Source of the DNA: Neovahlkampfia damariscottae
Taxonomy: Eukaryota
Assembly: GCA_016618085.1 (NCBI GenBank)
Contig: JABLTG010000029.1
Location: forward strand, 62,001 to 126,000
Length of the DNA stretch: 64,000 nt
Direction: 5' to 3'
Part shown: piece after piece, positions 11,387-24,278 of the stretch
Position numbering within the stretch: position 1 is the stretch's first letter
How the letters are laid out: each line of letters starts with the position of its first letter
Position numbers and translations under genes: made by a program
The notes under the pieces: generated by a model
The model's input: the letters and a program-made list of their open reading frames with translations, nothing else
Told to the model about the DNA's origin: nothing
Databases searched by the model: none

Positions 11387-12491
11387 ATGAGTGTGATTTC
11401 AGTGGCAATATCATTATCACTGAATGTATTCTCTTCATGTGGAATAATATTCCTAAACAAACACTTGTTCAAAAACCACTATTTCACATTTGGTAAAAAA
11501 AAATTGAAAAAAAATTAAAACAAAACTTGTCAGGAACAACCTTGACTGTTTGTCATTTTTTGGTTACGTTCATATTATGTCTGATTTTTAGTCAGATAGG
11601 AGTTTTTCAAGCAAAGAGGTTGGACATGAAAAAAGTCCTTCCTCTTTCAGTTGCGTTTTGTGGTAAAAAAAAATCAAAATTAAAATTGAAGGATATGTTG
11701 TTTTTAATAATCTCTCATTGATGTTTAATTCAGTTTCATTTTATCAAGTTATGAAAATTCTATGCACACCTTTAATCATCTTAATTCAAAGTTATTTTTA
11801 TGATATTCAAACAGATTCAAGAACAAAATTAGCTTTATTACCTGTTTGTTTCGGTATTTTTATCACAGTTGTTACTGATTTGGAAGTCAATTTATATGGA
11901 ACTATTTTCGCAAGTCTTGCCACAATTTCTAACACTCTTTACACCATAGTAAAAAATTCAATTCATTTTACAAATATTAATTAGTGGGGTAAAACTAAAA
12001 TGAAAGAATTAGATGCGAATCCAATGCAAATTTTACTATATCAGAGTATTACTGCATGTATATTGCTCTGTTTTTGTATTCCTGTATTTGATGACACTGA
12101 ATTATTAATTACGTATCACTATAATGTGGAAAATGTTGTAATATTATTCAATTCTGATAAATTTTAGACTTGGATTTTATCGACATGCATCACGGCGTTC
12201 CTAGTTAATTTTTCATTTTTTTTATTGAGCTCAGTTACATCTTCATTGACAGTAAATGTAATTGGATATCTCAAAACATGTATCGTATTTATAGGAGGAT
12301 TTGTCTTGTTTAACACAAAATTAGAAGCCAAAAACGTATTTGGAATATCATTGACTTTATTGGGTGTGTTGATTTACACATATGTCAAAATGTATCCAAT
12401 TCAAACAATTGAGCCAATTGATACAAATCAAGATCTTGAAGATATTGAAGTTTCATCAAGTGAAAAAATTGAATCAATTGAAGAAAAATAA
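11387..12491 (+). CDS. Nucleotide-sugar transporter (TPT/SLC35E3/UXT-like)
   Basis: GIIFLNKHLF, FNSVSFYQVMKILCTP, QILLYQS and TSSLTVNVIGYLKTC; four short introns. Confidence 0.88.
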
Positions 12492-12544
12492 ACGTTGAAT
12501 TTGAAGTTGTTTTTCATTGGTGGAATACATTCAAGTTTGTAACG

Positions 12545-13819
12545 ATGTTAGCTGGGTCAAAGTTGAAACCAATTTTTGTAATTTTTGTTGTTGTATCATT
12601 TGGTCTTGCTTTTCTTCTTTTCATGTATTTGAATAAAAACTCACATTACCCAACAAAACGAACACTTCTTAAACCAAATGGTTTTAACGTTTTGGGTAAA
12701 ACAAAAAAAAAAGATTCATTAATTATTTAGTTACTGGAGGAGCAGGGTTTATAGGAAGTCATATAGTTCAACACTTTCAAGAAAATGAACCAAATTGTGA
12801 AAATATTTATGTTTTGGATAATTTGACCTCTGGAAAAAAAAGCAACATTGAAAAATTTGATAAAGTTGAATTCGTTGAAGGTTCTATCAATGATAAAAGT
12901 GTTGTTAATCATATCATGGAAATGGACATAAAATTTGTTTTCCATTTGGGAGCAAGAGTAAAAAAAAAAAAAAAAATCACTTTGTTTGGTAATATAGGTT
13001 TCAGCTGTTGAATCAGTATACAGACCACATGATTATGTAGTGACAAATACACTTGGAACAATTAATTTATTAGAAGCAGCTGCAGAACATAAAGTTAAAA
13101 GTTTTGTTTTCAGTTCAAGTTCTGCTATTTACGGAAAAGATGAAAGAGTACCAAAAACAGAAGATATGAAACCGTAAGATTTAAACCAATTCTAATCCAA
13201 AATAAGTCAATGTACTTCACCTTATGCTATTACAAAATATGACGGAGAATTTTATTTATCACAATATGAAGATAAAATGAATGTTGTTGCTTTGAGATAT
13301 TTTAATGTATTTGGTGAAAGACAGGACCCAAATTCACAATATTCAGGTAAAAAAAAAAATTTGACATTGACCATTTTGATAGCTGGTAAAAAAGAAAATT
13401 GTTTTTATTTTTTAAAAAGTTATTCCTCAATTTATAACTAAAGGATGTTTGGATAAACAAGATTTAAGTATTTTTGGTGATGGAAAACAAACAAGAGATT
13501 TTGTTTATGTGAAAGATGTAATAAAAACATTGATTCTAACATGGGATAGGTTGTGAGTGCGAACGTTTATTGCGCCAAGAATGTAAAAAAAGGAATATTT
13601 AATGTTGGATATGAACAATCTTTGACAATCAATGATTTAGGAAAAGTTATTCTAGATGAATGTAAATCAACTGCGAAAATTACTCATAAGCCAGCAAGAC
13701 CTGGTGATGTTAAAGTTTCAATGGCGAGTACAAAGGCTTTAAGAGCGACTGGATGGAAACCGAAATATGAATTCAAAAGTGCTTTGAAACAAACTGTGAG
13801 ATGGTTTTTAGAAAATTGA
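12545..13819 (+). CDS. Membrane-anchored NAD-dependent nucleotide-sugar epimerase/dehydratase
   Basis: N-terminal TM, VTGGAGFIGSH, LDNL, FHLGA, FSSSSAIYG, YAITK (YxxxK), LRYFNVFGERQ, GDGKQTRDFVYVKD and RPGDV. Confidence 0.9.
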
Positions 13820-13951
13820 TAAATTTTTGTTTCTAAAGGATAACCTGGCTTTTTGAATTGTTCAGCTGAAAACTTGAATTTTTTTGGAGAAGATTTGATT
13901 TCAACCTCATGTTTTTTTGACCAATCAACAAAAAGTTATCATTCGTAAAAG

Positions 13952-16290
13952 ATGCAGCAACTGGTGCTGAAGTTATTTCTCGTTTTTCAATTATTCACCT
14001 TTACTTCTACTTCAATCATTTCAAGTTCCAAAATAGAACGATGCGTGAAAACTGAAGAATCTACAATGGAATGCAAAAAAAAAATAATCTTGAGTCTTTC
14101 AATAGATCAATCTGAGGTAAATCTTAGAAAGAATAACAATAGAATAGAGAGAAGAAATAGTCATCAGAAATAGTGAAATCGACGGAATTCCAGTAGAATT
14201 CAAAGAGTTTAAAATTCGTTTACAAAAAACTCCTCCATTCGCAAATTATGCATTATTTTATGAGGTTTCAATTCTCAATTTTAATATTTATAGAGTGATT
14301 TTCCTGCTCAAACTAATGAACAAATTATTTACAGATCAGATTTTTTAATTAGTTCTTGTTCTGCTGGGAGTTATCCAGATGATCCTAATCCTACTTGTGG
14401 ATGGGTTTTAAATACAAATAGAGAACCTATAGTAGATAGTCAAGGATTTTGTTGTTCTTGTTCATTAGCAAATCGTTTAGGCATCACAAAAGAAGGAACA
14501 AGAGGAAAACTAAATTGTGATTTATTTGGACCTGTTGCAAGTTCTGCTCATTGTTTAAGGTTTAGTGAATTAAAATATCATTCATTTCGTCTGGGATTAC
14601 CAGAAAAAAAGTTTGAAATTTCAATTCAAATCGAATCTAATGATACACAAAAAGAGACTTTAACTTTGAGTCCTGAAGTTTTGAATTTCAAATCATCACA
14701 AGTCATTGGATCACTCTCAGGTGATTTTAGTGGTTATAAATCAATTCCGGATTTTCAGGATAAATTTCTGTTTGTTCCGTTATTTCCATTGAGCAATGAA
14801 AGAGTGAAAGTTTGATTTTTTGGTTTTTAATATTTTTTAAGGGAGGAATGAAGAATTGGATGTTAATTGATAAACTACATGTTGATAAGACAGGATTCAC
14901 TTGTAATAAAATTGGAGTTAGCTATTCTGCCTTCAGAAACCAAGCAAATCAATGTGGAGCATCTCCAAATGATTGTTTACACAATCAAGTCGAAGATTTT
15001 CATCAAGTATTTATTTTGACAATTTGACATGTTAAAAGGGTGGAAGTTCGTTTATATCAAAATTTGGAGATTTTATTTTCAGTAATTCTTCATCAGAAAA
15101 TCAATTTGTTCTTTCCAAAAGAATCAACCAATTTCAACCTTCAGTGATTAATTTGATCATCAATGGTGATAATTTAAAGTATTTGATCAACAAGTATACT
15201 TAAATTATATTTCTAACAATAAAACAGGAGCCCAGGGAACATCCTTAAAGTTTATGTTCAGAAATTTGAATCATTATCAAAAAATGGGAAATTATTTGCT
15301 CAAGTACAGAATACTGGATCAATTTCTTCAAAATATTCGGTTTCAATAACTCAGTGCTCATCGAATATCAATCCTATTCTGGGTCAGTCTCTTCAATTGG
15401 ATTCAAAATCTATTAAATTGCTTACATTTGATGTTACTACCAATTCACAATTATCAAGTAGCAACATATGTTTCGTCAGATTATATGATTCGGAAGGAGA
15501 TGTAATTGATTTGATGAAAGTTAAATTTGATACAACAGAAACAACCCATTCAAATCCTGGAGATCCAACAAAGAGCGATCCAAGTGATCCACCAACAACA
15601 GGTTATCCAACTTTCATTGATAGTACTTTGAACTTTTTTGGCTCATTGTTCAATTGTAAATGTGAATTATTGGATGTGGTTTGCAGAGTTGTCAGCTTTT
15701 GTTGGATTGAATATATTATAGGTTTAGTGATCACAATCGCATTCATTGTATTTTGTGTTATTTTTTCATTAAGTGATGGATGGTGTTGTTTATTTAAAAC
15801 ATGTCGATGTATGATCAGATGCAATCGTTGTTTAGTCCGTAGTTTTGGAAACGGGATGAACGATATTTCAAATGATTTAAAAACTCCAAAGAGAAAGAAA
15901 AAATCCAAACAAAATGACATAGAAGCACCAACTGATTCTTCTTCAGAAGAAGAAGATGAAGTTTCAATAAATTTTGAAAAAATAATCAAAAAGAAGAAAA
16001 TGATTTTCTTGAACATCAAAAAAAAAGATGTGAAATTTCTCCCAAAAGAAGTTGATGAAACTTTCAGTTTAGCTGGATTTATAAAGAAAGAAAAATTGAA
16101 AGGAACTACTTATTATGTATTTCATTTAGGTTCAAATACTCATCAATTATATCATTTTCAAGAATCAAATTATATTGATTTGGAAACACCAGAGATAATT
16201 GAAGTCAATTCAATCAAAAGATTAGAAAAGAAAAAGTTTATTTCAAACGTTGATGTAACTGCCAAACCAAAATATCAAAGAATTAATTAA
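13952..16290 (+). CDS. HAP2: HAP2/GCS1 class II gamete fusogen
   Basis: Signal peptide, IISSSKIERC..CKKKIIL, PTCGW..DSQGFCCSC..TRGKLNC..SAHCLRF and CNKIGVSYSAFRNQ..CLHNQ, then a TM and a Cys-rich, basic cytosolic tail. Confidence 0.95.
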
Positions 16291-17972
16291 AATATAGTCT
16301 CAATTTGTCTTTCTATCCAATCTTCAATTTCTTCAACTGTGTTATGTGTTATTTTTGTAAATTCTTCAAATCTATGTTGCAAATATTCCTTTCTAATATT
16401 TCCTGACAACAATAAAACAGGAGCTGATTCTTTGATAAAATCAATATGTGGATTTAATTGTCTTCCCATCCCTTCAATAATACAAGATCCTACTAATGCT
16501 GTTGCGAGGGTTGGATCAATTTTAACATTGTGTTTTCTACCTAATTCTAAACATTTTGAGAATGATTTTCCCATTTCAACTTGTGGTGTTGATAAATCAG
16601 CAAGAAAATCAAAAAATTCACCAAGTTCTTGTTTAAACATTTGAATGTTCAATGGAATTTCTCCCTTTGTGATTTGATTTTTTTCAATTAAACATTCAGC
16701 AGCATCTTCACCATGATGTTGAATAACTGAAGTGAATAATCTCATCAAATTTTTTCTATCCGTTTCTTTTAATTTAGCAACCATACCAACATCTAAAACA
16801 ACCAAACTTGGATTGTTATTTTTATCTAATTTAACAAAAATATTTCCTGGATGCAAATCTCCGTGTAAAAAGTTATCAATTAACATTTTCAAATATAAAA
16901 CAATTCCAATTGAAGCTAATTTGGTTCTTAATGGTTTTGTTTCAACATCATCATTGATAAAATGTCCAATAGGTGTTCCTTGTTCCCAAGTTTCTACTAA
17001 CACCAAAGGATGACAAAATTGATGAATTGGTTTTGGAAAAGTTACTGAATCAATTTCTTTAAAGTTTTCAATAAATTGTTCTAAATTATCAGCTTCAACT
17101 TTCAAATCAATCTGTTCAATCATTGTTCTGCTGAAAGTTGTGATATTTCCTTCCAAGTTCAATGGTTTAAAAGTTGAAAATTGACCAACGAAATTGGCAA
17201 ATGATTTCAATAATTGTAAATCTTGTGAGATAGTTTTTTCAATTCCTGGATGTCTAATTTTCACTGCAACTTCAATATTTACATCATTTTTTAATTTTGC
17301 TTTATAAACTTGTGCAATAGCTCCAGAAGCAATTGGAACTTCATCAAAATCAACAAAAATATCATCTAAATCTTTACCAAATGCTTTTTGAATAATTTCT
17401 TTAGTTTCTTCAAATGAATGCACATTTCCAATATAATGAAGTTGTTTCATTGCATTAGCAAGATATGGATCAAAAATATCTGGTCTTGTGGCAATCCATT
17501 GACCCAATTTTACAAAAGTAGCACCACAAGAACGAAATGTTGATACTAATAATTCATACCAATACAACTTATAACTCTCAGAAATAAAGGTCAAAGGATA
17601 AGTTGATATGATTGGTGTAAATTTTAAACTTAATAATAACACTCTAAATGATAATTGTATCATTGATATTAATCTATGAAATAATCCTTTAGGTTTGTCT
17701 GCTGTTTCTGCTTCATATCCTTTTTTTAATTTTTCAATAATTTCTTCAACTGCTTCATCATGTTCTTTGATTTCTTTATTTTCTTTTGGTTTATAAGTTT
17801 GAATTTTATAAAGTAAATAAGCAAGACCACTTCCGAAAATTAAAGTTTTGAAAGGAAATTTTTTTTTTGCCGTTGATTTTGCTGTGGTCTCAACAAATCT
17901 TTTTTGAAGTGTAATTTTTGATGTGGTTTGACACACAGTTTTATTACTTCGGTTAATTAGTTTTGATAGCAT
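16287..17972 (-). CDS. ABC1/UbiB (ADCK) atypical kinase, probably mitochondrial
   Basis: FVKLGQWIATRPD, PIASGAIAQVYKA, VAVK, LHGDLHPGN and LDVG; basic N-terminal presequence; intronless. Confidence 0.92.
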   Translation of the reverse strand: MLSKLINRSNKTVCQTTSKITLQKRFVETTAKSTAKKKFPFKTLIFGSGLAYLLYKIQTYKPKENKEIKEHDEAVEEIIEKLKKGYEAETADKPKGLFHRLISMIQLSFRVLLLSLKFTPIISTYPLTFISESYKLYWYELLVSTFRSCGATFVKLGQWIATRPDIFDPYLANAMKQLHYIGNVHSFEETKEIIQKAFGKDLDDIFVDFDEVPIASGAIAQVYKAKLKNDVNIEVAVKIRHPGIEKTISQDLQLLKSFANFVGQFSTFKPLNLEGNITTFSRTMIEQIDLKVEADNLEQFIENFKEIDSVTFPKPIHQFCHPLVLVETWEQGTPIGHFINDDVETKPLRTKLASIGIVLYLKMLIDNFLHGDLHPGNIFVKLDKNNNPSLVVLDVGMVAKLKETDRKNLMRLFTSVIQHHGEDAAECLIEKNQITKGEIPLNIQMFKQELGEFFDFLADLSTPQVEMGKSFSKCLELGRKHNVKIDPTLATALVGSCIIEGMGRQLNPHIDFIKESAPVLLLSGNIRKEYLQHRFEEFTKITHNTVEEIEDWIERQIETIF

Positions 17973-18170
17973 TTTTTTCGTTGTTTTTTTTGAATTAGAG
18001 CCTTTCAAAATAAAACGATTGGTGGAATAATTAATACCCTTTTATTGGTTAAAAATTATCCGAAAATTGCAAAAAGATTCATAGAATCTCAATAACCTCA
18101 TCCCTCGGAGATTTTTTGAATTCAATTTTGAATTTTTCAAAACTCCGATTGATCCATGAAAAAAACTGAA

Positions 18171-19457
18171 TTACTTCAAAAAAGACTTTATAATTTTCAT
18201 CACTTGGAGACCTGAAAATCTTCCTAAATTACCTTTTGCCGCTTCTATTTCAGAGAAACATTCAACTGAGTCTCTCTTATCACTCTTCAAATCCCAAATT
18301 GAAAAAGGAACTGGTTCATAAGAATGATCACCAATCAGAACAGGTGTTGAATGATCACCAGTCACAACAAACAAAAAATTACCATCATTTAAACCTTTTA
18401 AATCATTCAATATATCACCAATCATTAAATCAATTTTTTCAATGAATTCAATTTTCAAATCTAAATTTTTATCATGTCCTGCATCATCAACAGCTTTAAC
18501 ATGTAAAAAACCAAAATTCAAATCAATATTGTTTTTAAAAGTGTCTATTAATGCAACTCTTTTGGAATTTAAGTCTGTATGATAATCACCTGTTCCACCT
18601 TTTGAATTAACGATTTTCATATCAAATGTCATTCCAAGTCCTTTGATAATGGCAGTTGGAGCAATCATAAATGACTTTAATTGATGCCTTTTTTCAAAAT
18701 TTTCAGCGTTTATTCTAACTCCACATCCTCTGAATAGAATTATATTGGCTAATGTTTTTCCTTCTTTTTCTCGAATTTTATTGATTTCATGATTGGTTAA
18801 TTCTTCAGATATTACTCTTGAGATATCATTGATCAATTTTGAACTAAAAAGAGCTTCTTTTGAATCATTTTTTGGTTTTGATTTCAGTAGTGGTAAGTTA
18901 TCTTTCAAAGGATCTGTGTTTGTAATTTTATTGGATAAATTAGGTCCTCTGATTCTAATACCACAACGATGTTCTGTTGAATACTTAAATTTAATCTCAT
19001 GTTCTGGATATATTTTAACCAATCTTTCTTTCATTTTTTCATTCAAAAAATGGCAAAATTTTGGTCCAATGTTTTCAAAATTTCTGTCTGCTCTTCTACT
19101 TGTTACAATATCACCTTCCAAAGTCGCAAAATTACTTTTAAATGCAATGTCACCTATTTTCATATCTAAACCTGCGCCCATGGTTTCAAAACTTCCACGT
19201 CCTTCATAGTAAGTTCTTGGATCATAACCAAATATACTTAAATGAGCTGTATCACTTCCACATCCTAAACCAGGTTCAACTGGATCCATTAATCTGTTTT
19301 TTTTTTAATTTTTTTAAAAAACAAACCCATTTAAACCGTTATAAGCAATTTTATCCATGTTTGGTGTTTTTGAATATTTTAATGGTGTTTCGTTGTTCAA
19401 ATTTGGCACACTTAAGTCAGCTAATCCATCAATTAAAACGAAAACTACTTTTTTCAT
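18171..19457 (-). CDS. apgM: Cofactor-independent phosphoglycerate mutase, archaeal type
   Basis: VLIDGLAD..TPL..TPNMD, intron, then GCGSDTAHLSIFGY, FLHVKAVDDAGHD and VTGDHSTPV..DHSYEPVP. Confidence 0.9.
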
Positions 19458-19533
19458 TTTCTTCAACGCTTTTGTTCAATTGGTCTTTGAATTCTCTAAA
19501 CCAATGAATTTGTAATTAAAAAAAAAACATAAA
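19458..19533. promoter_or_regulatory. 76-bp bidirectional promoter with two opposed CCAAT boxes
   Basis: ATTGG at 19479 and CCAAT at 19501, between divergent ATGs at 19457 and 19534. Confidence 0.6.
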
Positions 19534-20151
19534 ATGTCGGAGAGGATAAAAACAATTCTGAAATTATTTGTTGGACCTGGATTTTTAGTATCACTTGTTC
19601 AATTATTTGTATCATTGTAAAAAAAAATAAATTCGTTAATTTTTTCACAGAACTTATCAGAAAATGGAAGACAAAACATCAACAAAAAAACGGATAAAAA
19701 CAGAAGAAAAGAAACTAATTTTAAGTATTTATTTTTAATTTTTAAAAAAAAATCAAAAGCTGAACCTCCAGAATCAAAAATAAAAGTCAAACAAGAATTT
19801 CCAACTGAAGACATTATAAAATCAACCAAAGGTACTGTAATCGATCCTGATATTTCATTTGTAGCAGGTGAATCAGAAATGCCACTTTCTGTTTATGAAT
19901 CACCTTTAATGTCTTCATACAGAGAATTCAAAAAATATAAAAAAAATTCAAAGTCAGACGGTTATTATGTTGTCCAAAAAAAAAGAATTACAAATATTAA
20001 AAATAATGAAAATGATGATACAATAAACCAATGGTACAAAAGAATTCAAATTAAAGACAATAATCCTGAAATTATGTTGCTATATGGAAGAGGACCTGTT
20101 TTCACATATCAGGATGAATTTAATGATCGGTTCGAAGGAATTTATGATTAA
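19534..20151 (+). CDS. Hypothetical protein
   Basis: MSERIKTILKLFVGPGF, with two short introns leading into ORF 19879..20151. Confidence 0.55.
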
Positions 20152-21793
20152 TTTTTATAAAATTCTTTCAATAATTCAATATAAAACATTGATCCTCTTC
20201 TTAATGTTCTTTTTTGAGTTTTGTAATCAACATGATACAAACCAAACTTCATAGCATATCCTAAAGATAAATTTAATGAATTTTGAATTTTATTACCTTT
20301 AATCCATTCAAAATTATCCATTAAACTCCAGAAGTAATATGATTGGACATTGACTCCTTCCTCGACAGCTTTGCTGAGAGCATACGTGTATCGTTTTATG
20401 AATGTTTCTCGTAAGGAATCTTTTGCATCCGCCAATCCATTTTCTGTTACGACTATTGGGATTTTTAATTTATCAAATCTTTTCAATGCTCTGTATAATC
20501 CCTCTGCATAAACTGGATAACCCATATCTGTCATTAAATGTTTGAATTCTGGTCTTTCACCAATTTCAATTGGTGGAAATTGTTTTCCATTCCACTAATA
20601 TTTAAATATTAATTTCAATTTTGTTTTTACCATAATGTTAAAATGACTATAATAATTTAATCCAATGAAATCATTTGATGTTTTTCCTAATTCATTTTTG
20701 TAATGAATATCAATAAAAAATGGAATATAAGCTTTGAATTCTCCTTTTTCAAAATAATTTAACATTAATTCGTTAAAATATTCATGCATATAAGATGCAA
20801 TGGAAAATAATAAAAGGTTTGAACGTGGTCTAAAATTAAAGTTGTTTTTAAAATACTTACAGTGGCTATTTTATGAAATTTAGATTAATTTCAAATATTT
20901 CTTACATCCATTTGATGATATTCTTTTACAATTCCAATTTGATTGATATTTCCATGTGGTAATTTTTTCAATTTGTGATAGACGTTTGTGTGGCATGCTA
21001 AAATGTTTGCCAATGTTTGCATACCAAGTTGAAGATTTCTTTTACCTGGTGGATATGTACCAACCCAAAATCCAGGCATAACATAAGCCATAACTTCATT
21101 GAAAGTACACCACATTTTAACTTTACTTCCATATTGTTTAAATGCATACTCAGCAAAGTCTTCAAACCAAATTAAATTTTCATAGCTCTAAAAGTTAAAA
21201 AAAAAAAATTTTTCACTGAAAATTCTCCAATATTTTGAAACCAAACAGGATTGGTACTTGACAAATGTTAAAAAAATGTTTTTTTACTAATGATGTAAAG
21301 TAATCATAGGAGCAATACCATTTTTTATAAGTTCATCAATAACGTCATGATAATGTTGTGTAACTTCTTGTGAAAAAATACCTTTTTTCATTTCCGGTTG
21401 AATTTTTGACCATTCAATAGAAAAACGATATGAACGTACTCCTAAATTCTTCATTAATTGTATGTCTTCTTTATAAAGAATATAATGTTGACAAGCGTCT
21501 CCAGATTTATCTCCATTAGCAATGTTGCCTGGAATATCTTCCCATTCAGACCAATTATTTGTACAATTTCCTTCTACTTGATGAGCTGCAGTTGCTGTAC
21601 CAAAAGTAAATCTTGGTGAACGTGATTTTATTCTTGACGCTGTTTTTGCTGCTGACAAATCTATTTCGTCCCAGTTCCATCTTAATTCTGGATCATTGTT
21701 CAAACTTTCAGAGTTTAATGGGTTCAATTTGAAGATACTATAACCAAAGAGCAAAGTAACCAAAAGCACTACAGTTGTGGTGGAAAATGCCAT
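20148..21793 (-). CDS. Glycoside hydrolase family 1 beta-glucosidase with N-terminal anchor or signal
   Basis: FGTATAAHQVEG, YRFSIEWSKI, TLHH, TFNE (acid/base), IGLNYY, VTENG (nucleophile) and WSLMDNFEW. Confidence 0.93.
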
Positions 21794-21843
21794 GATTGGT
21801 TGTTGAAGGAAAAATTCATGATTGGACAAATTTTATTTTTATG

Positions 21844-23366
21844 TTAGAGTTTATTCATTTTGCAATTTTTTACTTTTTCATTTAGATCATATCTAATTTC
21901 TTTATTTCTTGTGAAGAAACCTTTTTTTAAAAAAATTAATTAATAGTTTATTGATACCTGGTGTGATTTCAATGACTGTATGCAATGGAATTGAAATATC
22001 ACAACATTCTTCAGGTCTTCTACCCATGAAATATGCATATAAAACTCTCGTTACAGCTTGATGACTAATTACAAGTAAATTTCCTCTTCTACGTTCGATC
22101 TCCATAATTATTGGTTCTAATCGATAAATCATATCTTTATAACTCTCTCCTCTTGGATATCTATAATTGAATTTATCTTTTTTTCTTGCAAGAAATTCAT
22201 TTGGCATTTCTTCTTCAATCTGTTTATAAGTCATCCCATCACAAATACCAGCATCAATTTCATCTAATGCTCTCCAATGTTTAAATTGATTTTTACTTTT
22301 TAATTCTATTTTCTCAGAGGTTTCAATTGTTCTTCTCAAGGTACTTGTGAAAACACAAAGATCTTGTGCATTTGACAAATTTTTGACAAAATCAGCAAGC
22401 ACATAGGAATAATTCTTTCCTAAAGAACTTAGTCCTGAATCACCCCCTAACTTATCAAAAGTATTGTACTCACTTTCACCATGTCTAAAAAATCTAAAAA
22501 ATCAATTTTGCTTACCTTGAGAAAAAGATTTTTCTTGGGAGAATATTATTATTCATCACTAATGATGTCATTTTTGATGGTATGTAGCCACGAATATGAT
22601 TTAAAATTACTCTTCTTCCTGCATCGATAACTTGAAGATATGATTTGTCTTCATCATGTTTTTCATCCAACGGTTCATAATATTTGACATATTGTTCAAT
22701 TCTTTTCTTAAAATCATTATAAGCTTCACTATCATCAACACCTGCATAATCTTGACTTTTTACCTTCGCAAAAATGATGTTTAAAAAATTGAAAAAAATA
22801 AACTTTCACACTATTAATGTTTTGTTCCACAATTTTATCATCTTGACAAATTGATTCAATAAAAACAATTCTATGATCTGGTAACTCTTTTTTTGCAAGT
22901 TCATCTAAAATGAATTTTCTCCTTTCTCTTGTTGAATTTGTTCCATCAAAAATACCAACTTGACCTTCATCTTTCACTAAATAGTTTACCATACTTGACT
23001 ATTATTCATTTTTTTTGATCCTTACTCTTCTAATGCTAATAATGCCATTTTTCTTCGAGATTGAAACCCTTCTGTATTTTCTGGATCAAAAAAATTGTGT
23101 TTTTGACCAGATCCTAACTCTTTTCTTCTATATGATCCAATATTGAAAACTTAAAGAAATCAAAATTTGATATTTTTTGTTACCTTTTGTTTTCACACCC
23201 AACCAATTGAAATAACGTGAAAGCAAAGAGGAGATGCTTTTATATTGTTAATTTGGTGGTATTTTTTGTCAAACCTAGATTTTCCTCTTGCTGGTAATCC
23301 AACCATTACAAAAATAAATTTTCTGCTGTCGACTTGAGGAACTGAATATTCTTTTGTTGTATTCAT
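21844..23366 (-). CDS. PFKFB: Bifunctional 6-phosphofructo-2-kinase/fructose-2,6-bisphosphatase
   Basis: MVGLPARGKS, VFNIGSYRR, FDGTNSTRERR, SRHGESEYN, LDEIDAGICDG, YPRGESY and ISHQAV; six short introns. Confidence 0.93.
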
Positions 23367-23450
23367 TTTTGATTTGTGGAAAATAATTCTCCAACGAAAA
23401 TAAAGTACTCAAAAGAAAAGAGAAACGAATTATTTGAAGAGATAAAAAGA

Positions 23451-24102
23451 ATGAAAAACGATGAAGATTGGCATTTCAGGTAAAAAAAAAGAAAAATAAA
23501 AATAAAACAACTTTTCAGAATTGGTGAAAAATATCTCGGAAAAAAACATTATTTAAATCCAATTTATTTAAATAAAGATATTGAAATAAAATCAAATGAA
23601 AATTATAAAAAAAATTTAAAAGAATTATCAGAATTAGTTATTGAATTATATTTAACAAAAAATGAAAAAGAAAAAGAATTAATTATTGAAAAATCAAATA
23701 AAATAATAAATAAACAAACATTTCCAAAGTAAAATTAAATATTTAAATAAAATTAAAAAATTAAGAAATTTGAATCAAATTATTGATATTAGAAAAAAAA
23801 GAAAAATTATTGAAAAAGAAATTGAAAAATTAAAAGAAAAAAAATCAATTTTAGAATTAAATTTTGAATTAAATAATGATTTTATATCAATAATAAATAA
23901 AAATTTAAAAGAAAATAAAAAATCAAATTTTGATAAATTAATTGAAAATAAAGTGAAACAAATTGAATTAAAAATAAAAAAAATTGAAAAAGAAAATATT
24001 GAAATTATAAATTTATGTAATCATTTAGAAGATGAATTTGAAGGTTATATTTCATTTATACATCAAATTGAACTTTTGAATTTTTATTCAATAAATTATT
24101 GA
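23451..24102 (+). CDS. Lys/Glu/Ile-rich coiled-coil protein, full-length copy
   Basis: Two short introns (the second at 23729..23765); paralogue at 4771..5134. Confidence 0.6.
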
Positions 24103-24278
24103 TCTTTTTCAATCAAAGGTTGAATGCTTGATTTTTATTGAATGAAGATTATTGAAATATCAAGAAATAATTCAATTTTTTCGATGGATAGAGATTGGTA
24201 AATATCAGATGAATTAGATACCAATCAACCAATAAAAACATTGATTGGAATTGAAAACACATCTTTCTGTTGTCAACA

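Noticed and set aside
18105..18148. Imperfect inverted repeat TCGGAG..TTTGAA / TTCAAAA..CTCCGA as a MITE or terminator
   Set aside because: Short, gapped, AT-rich and single-copy, with no TSD.
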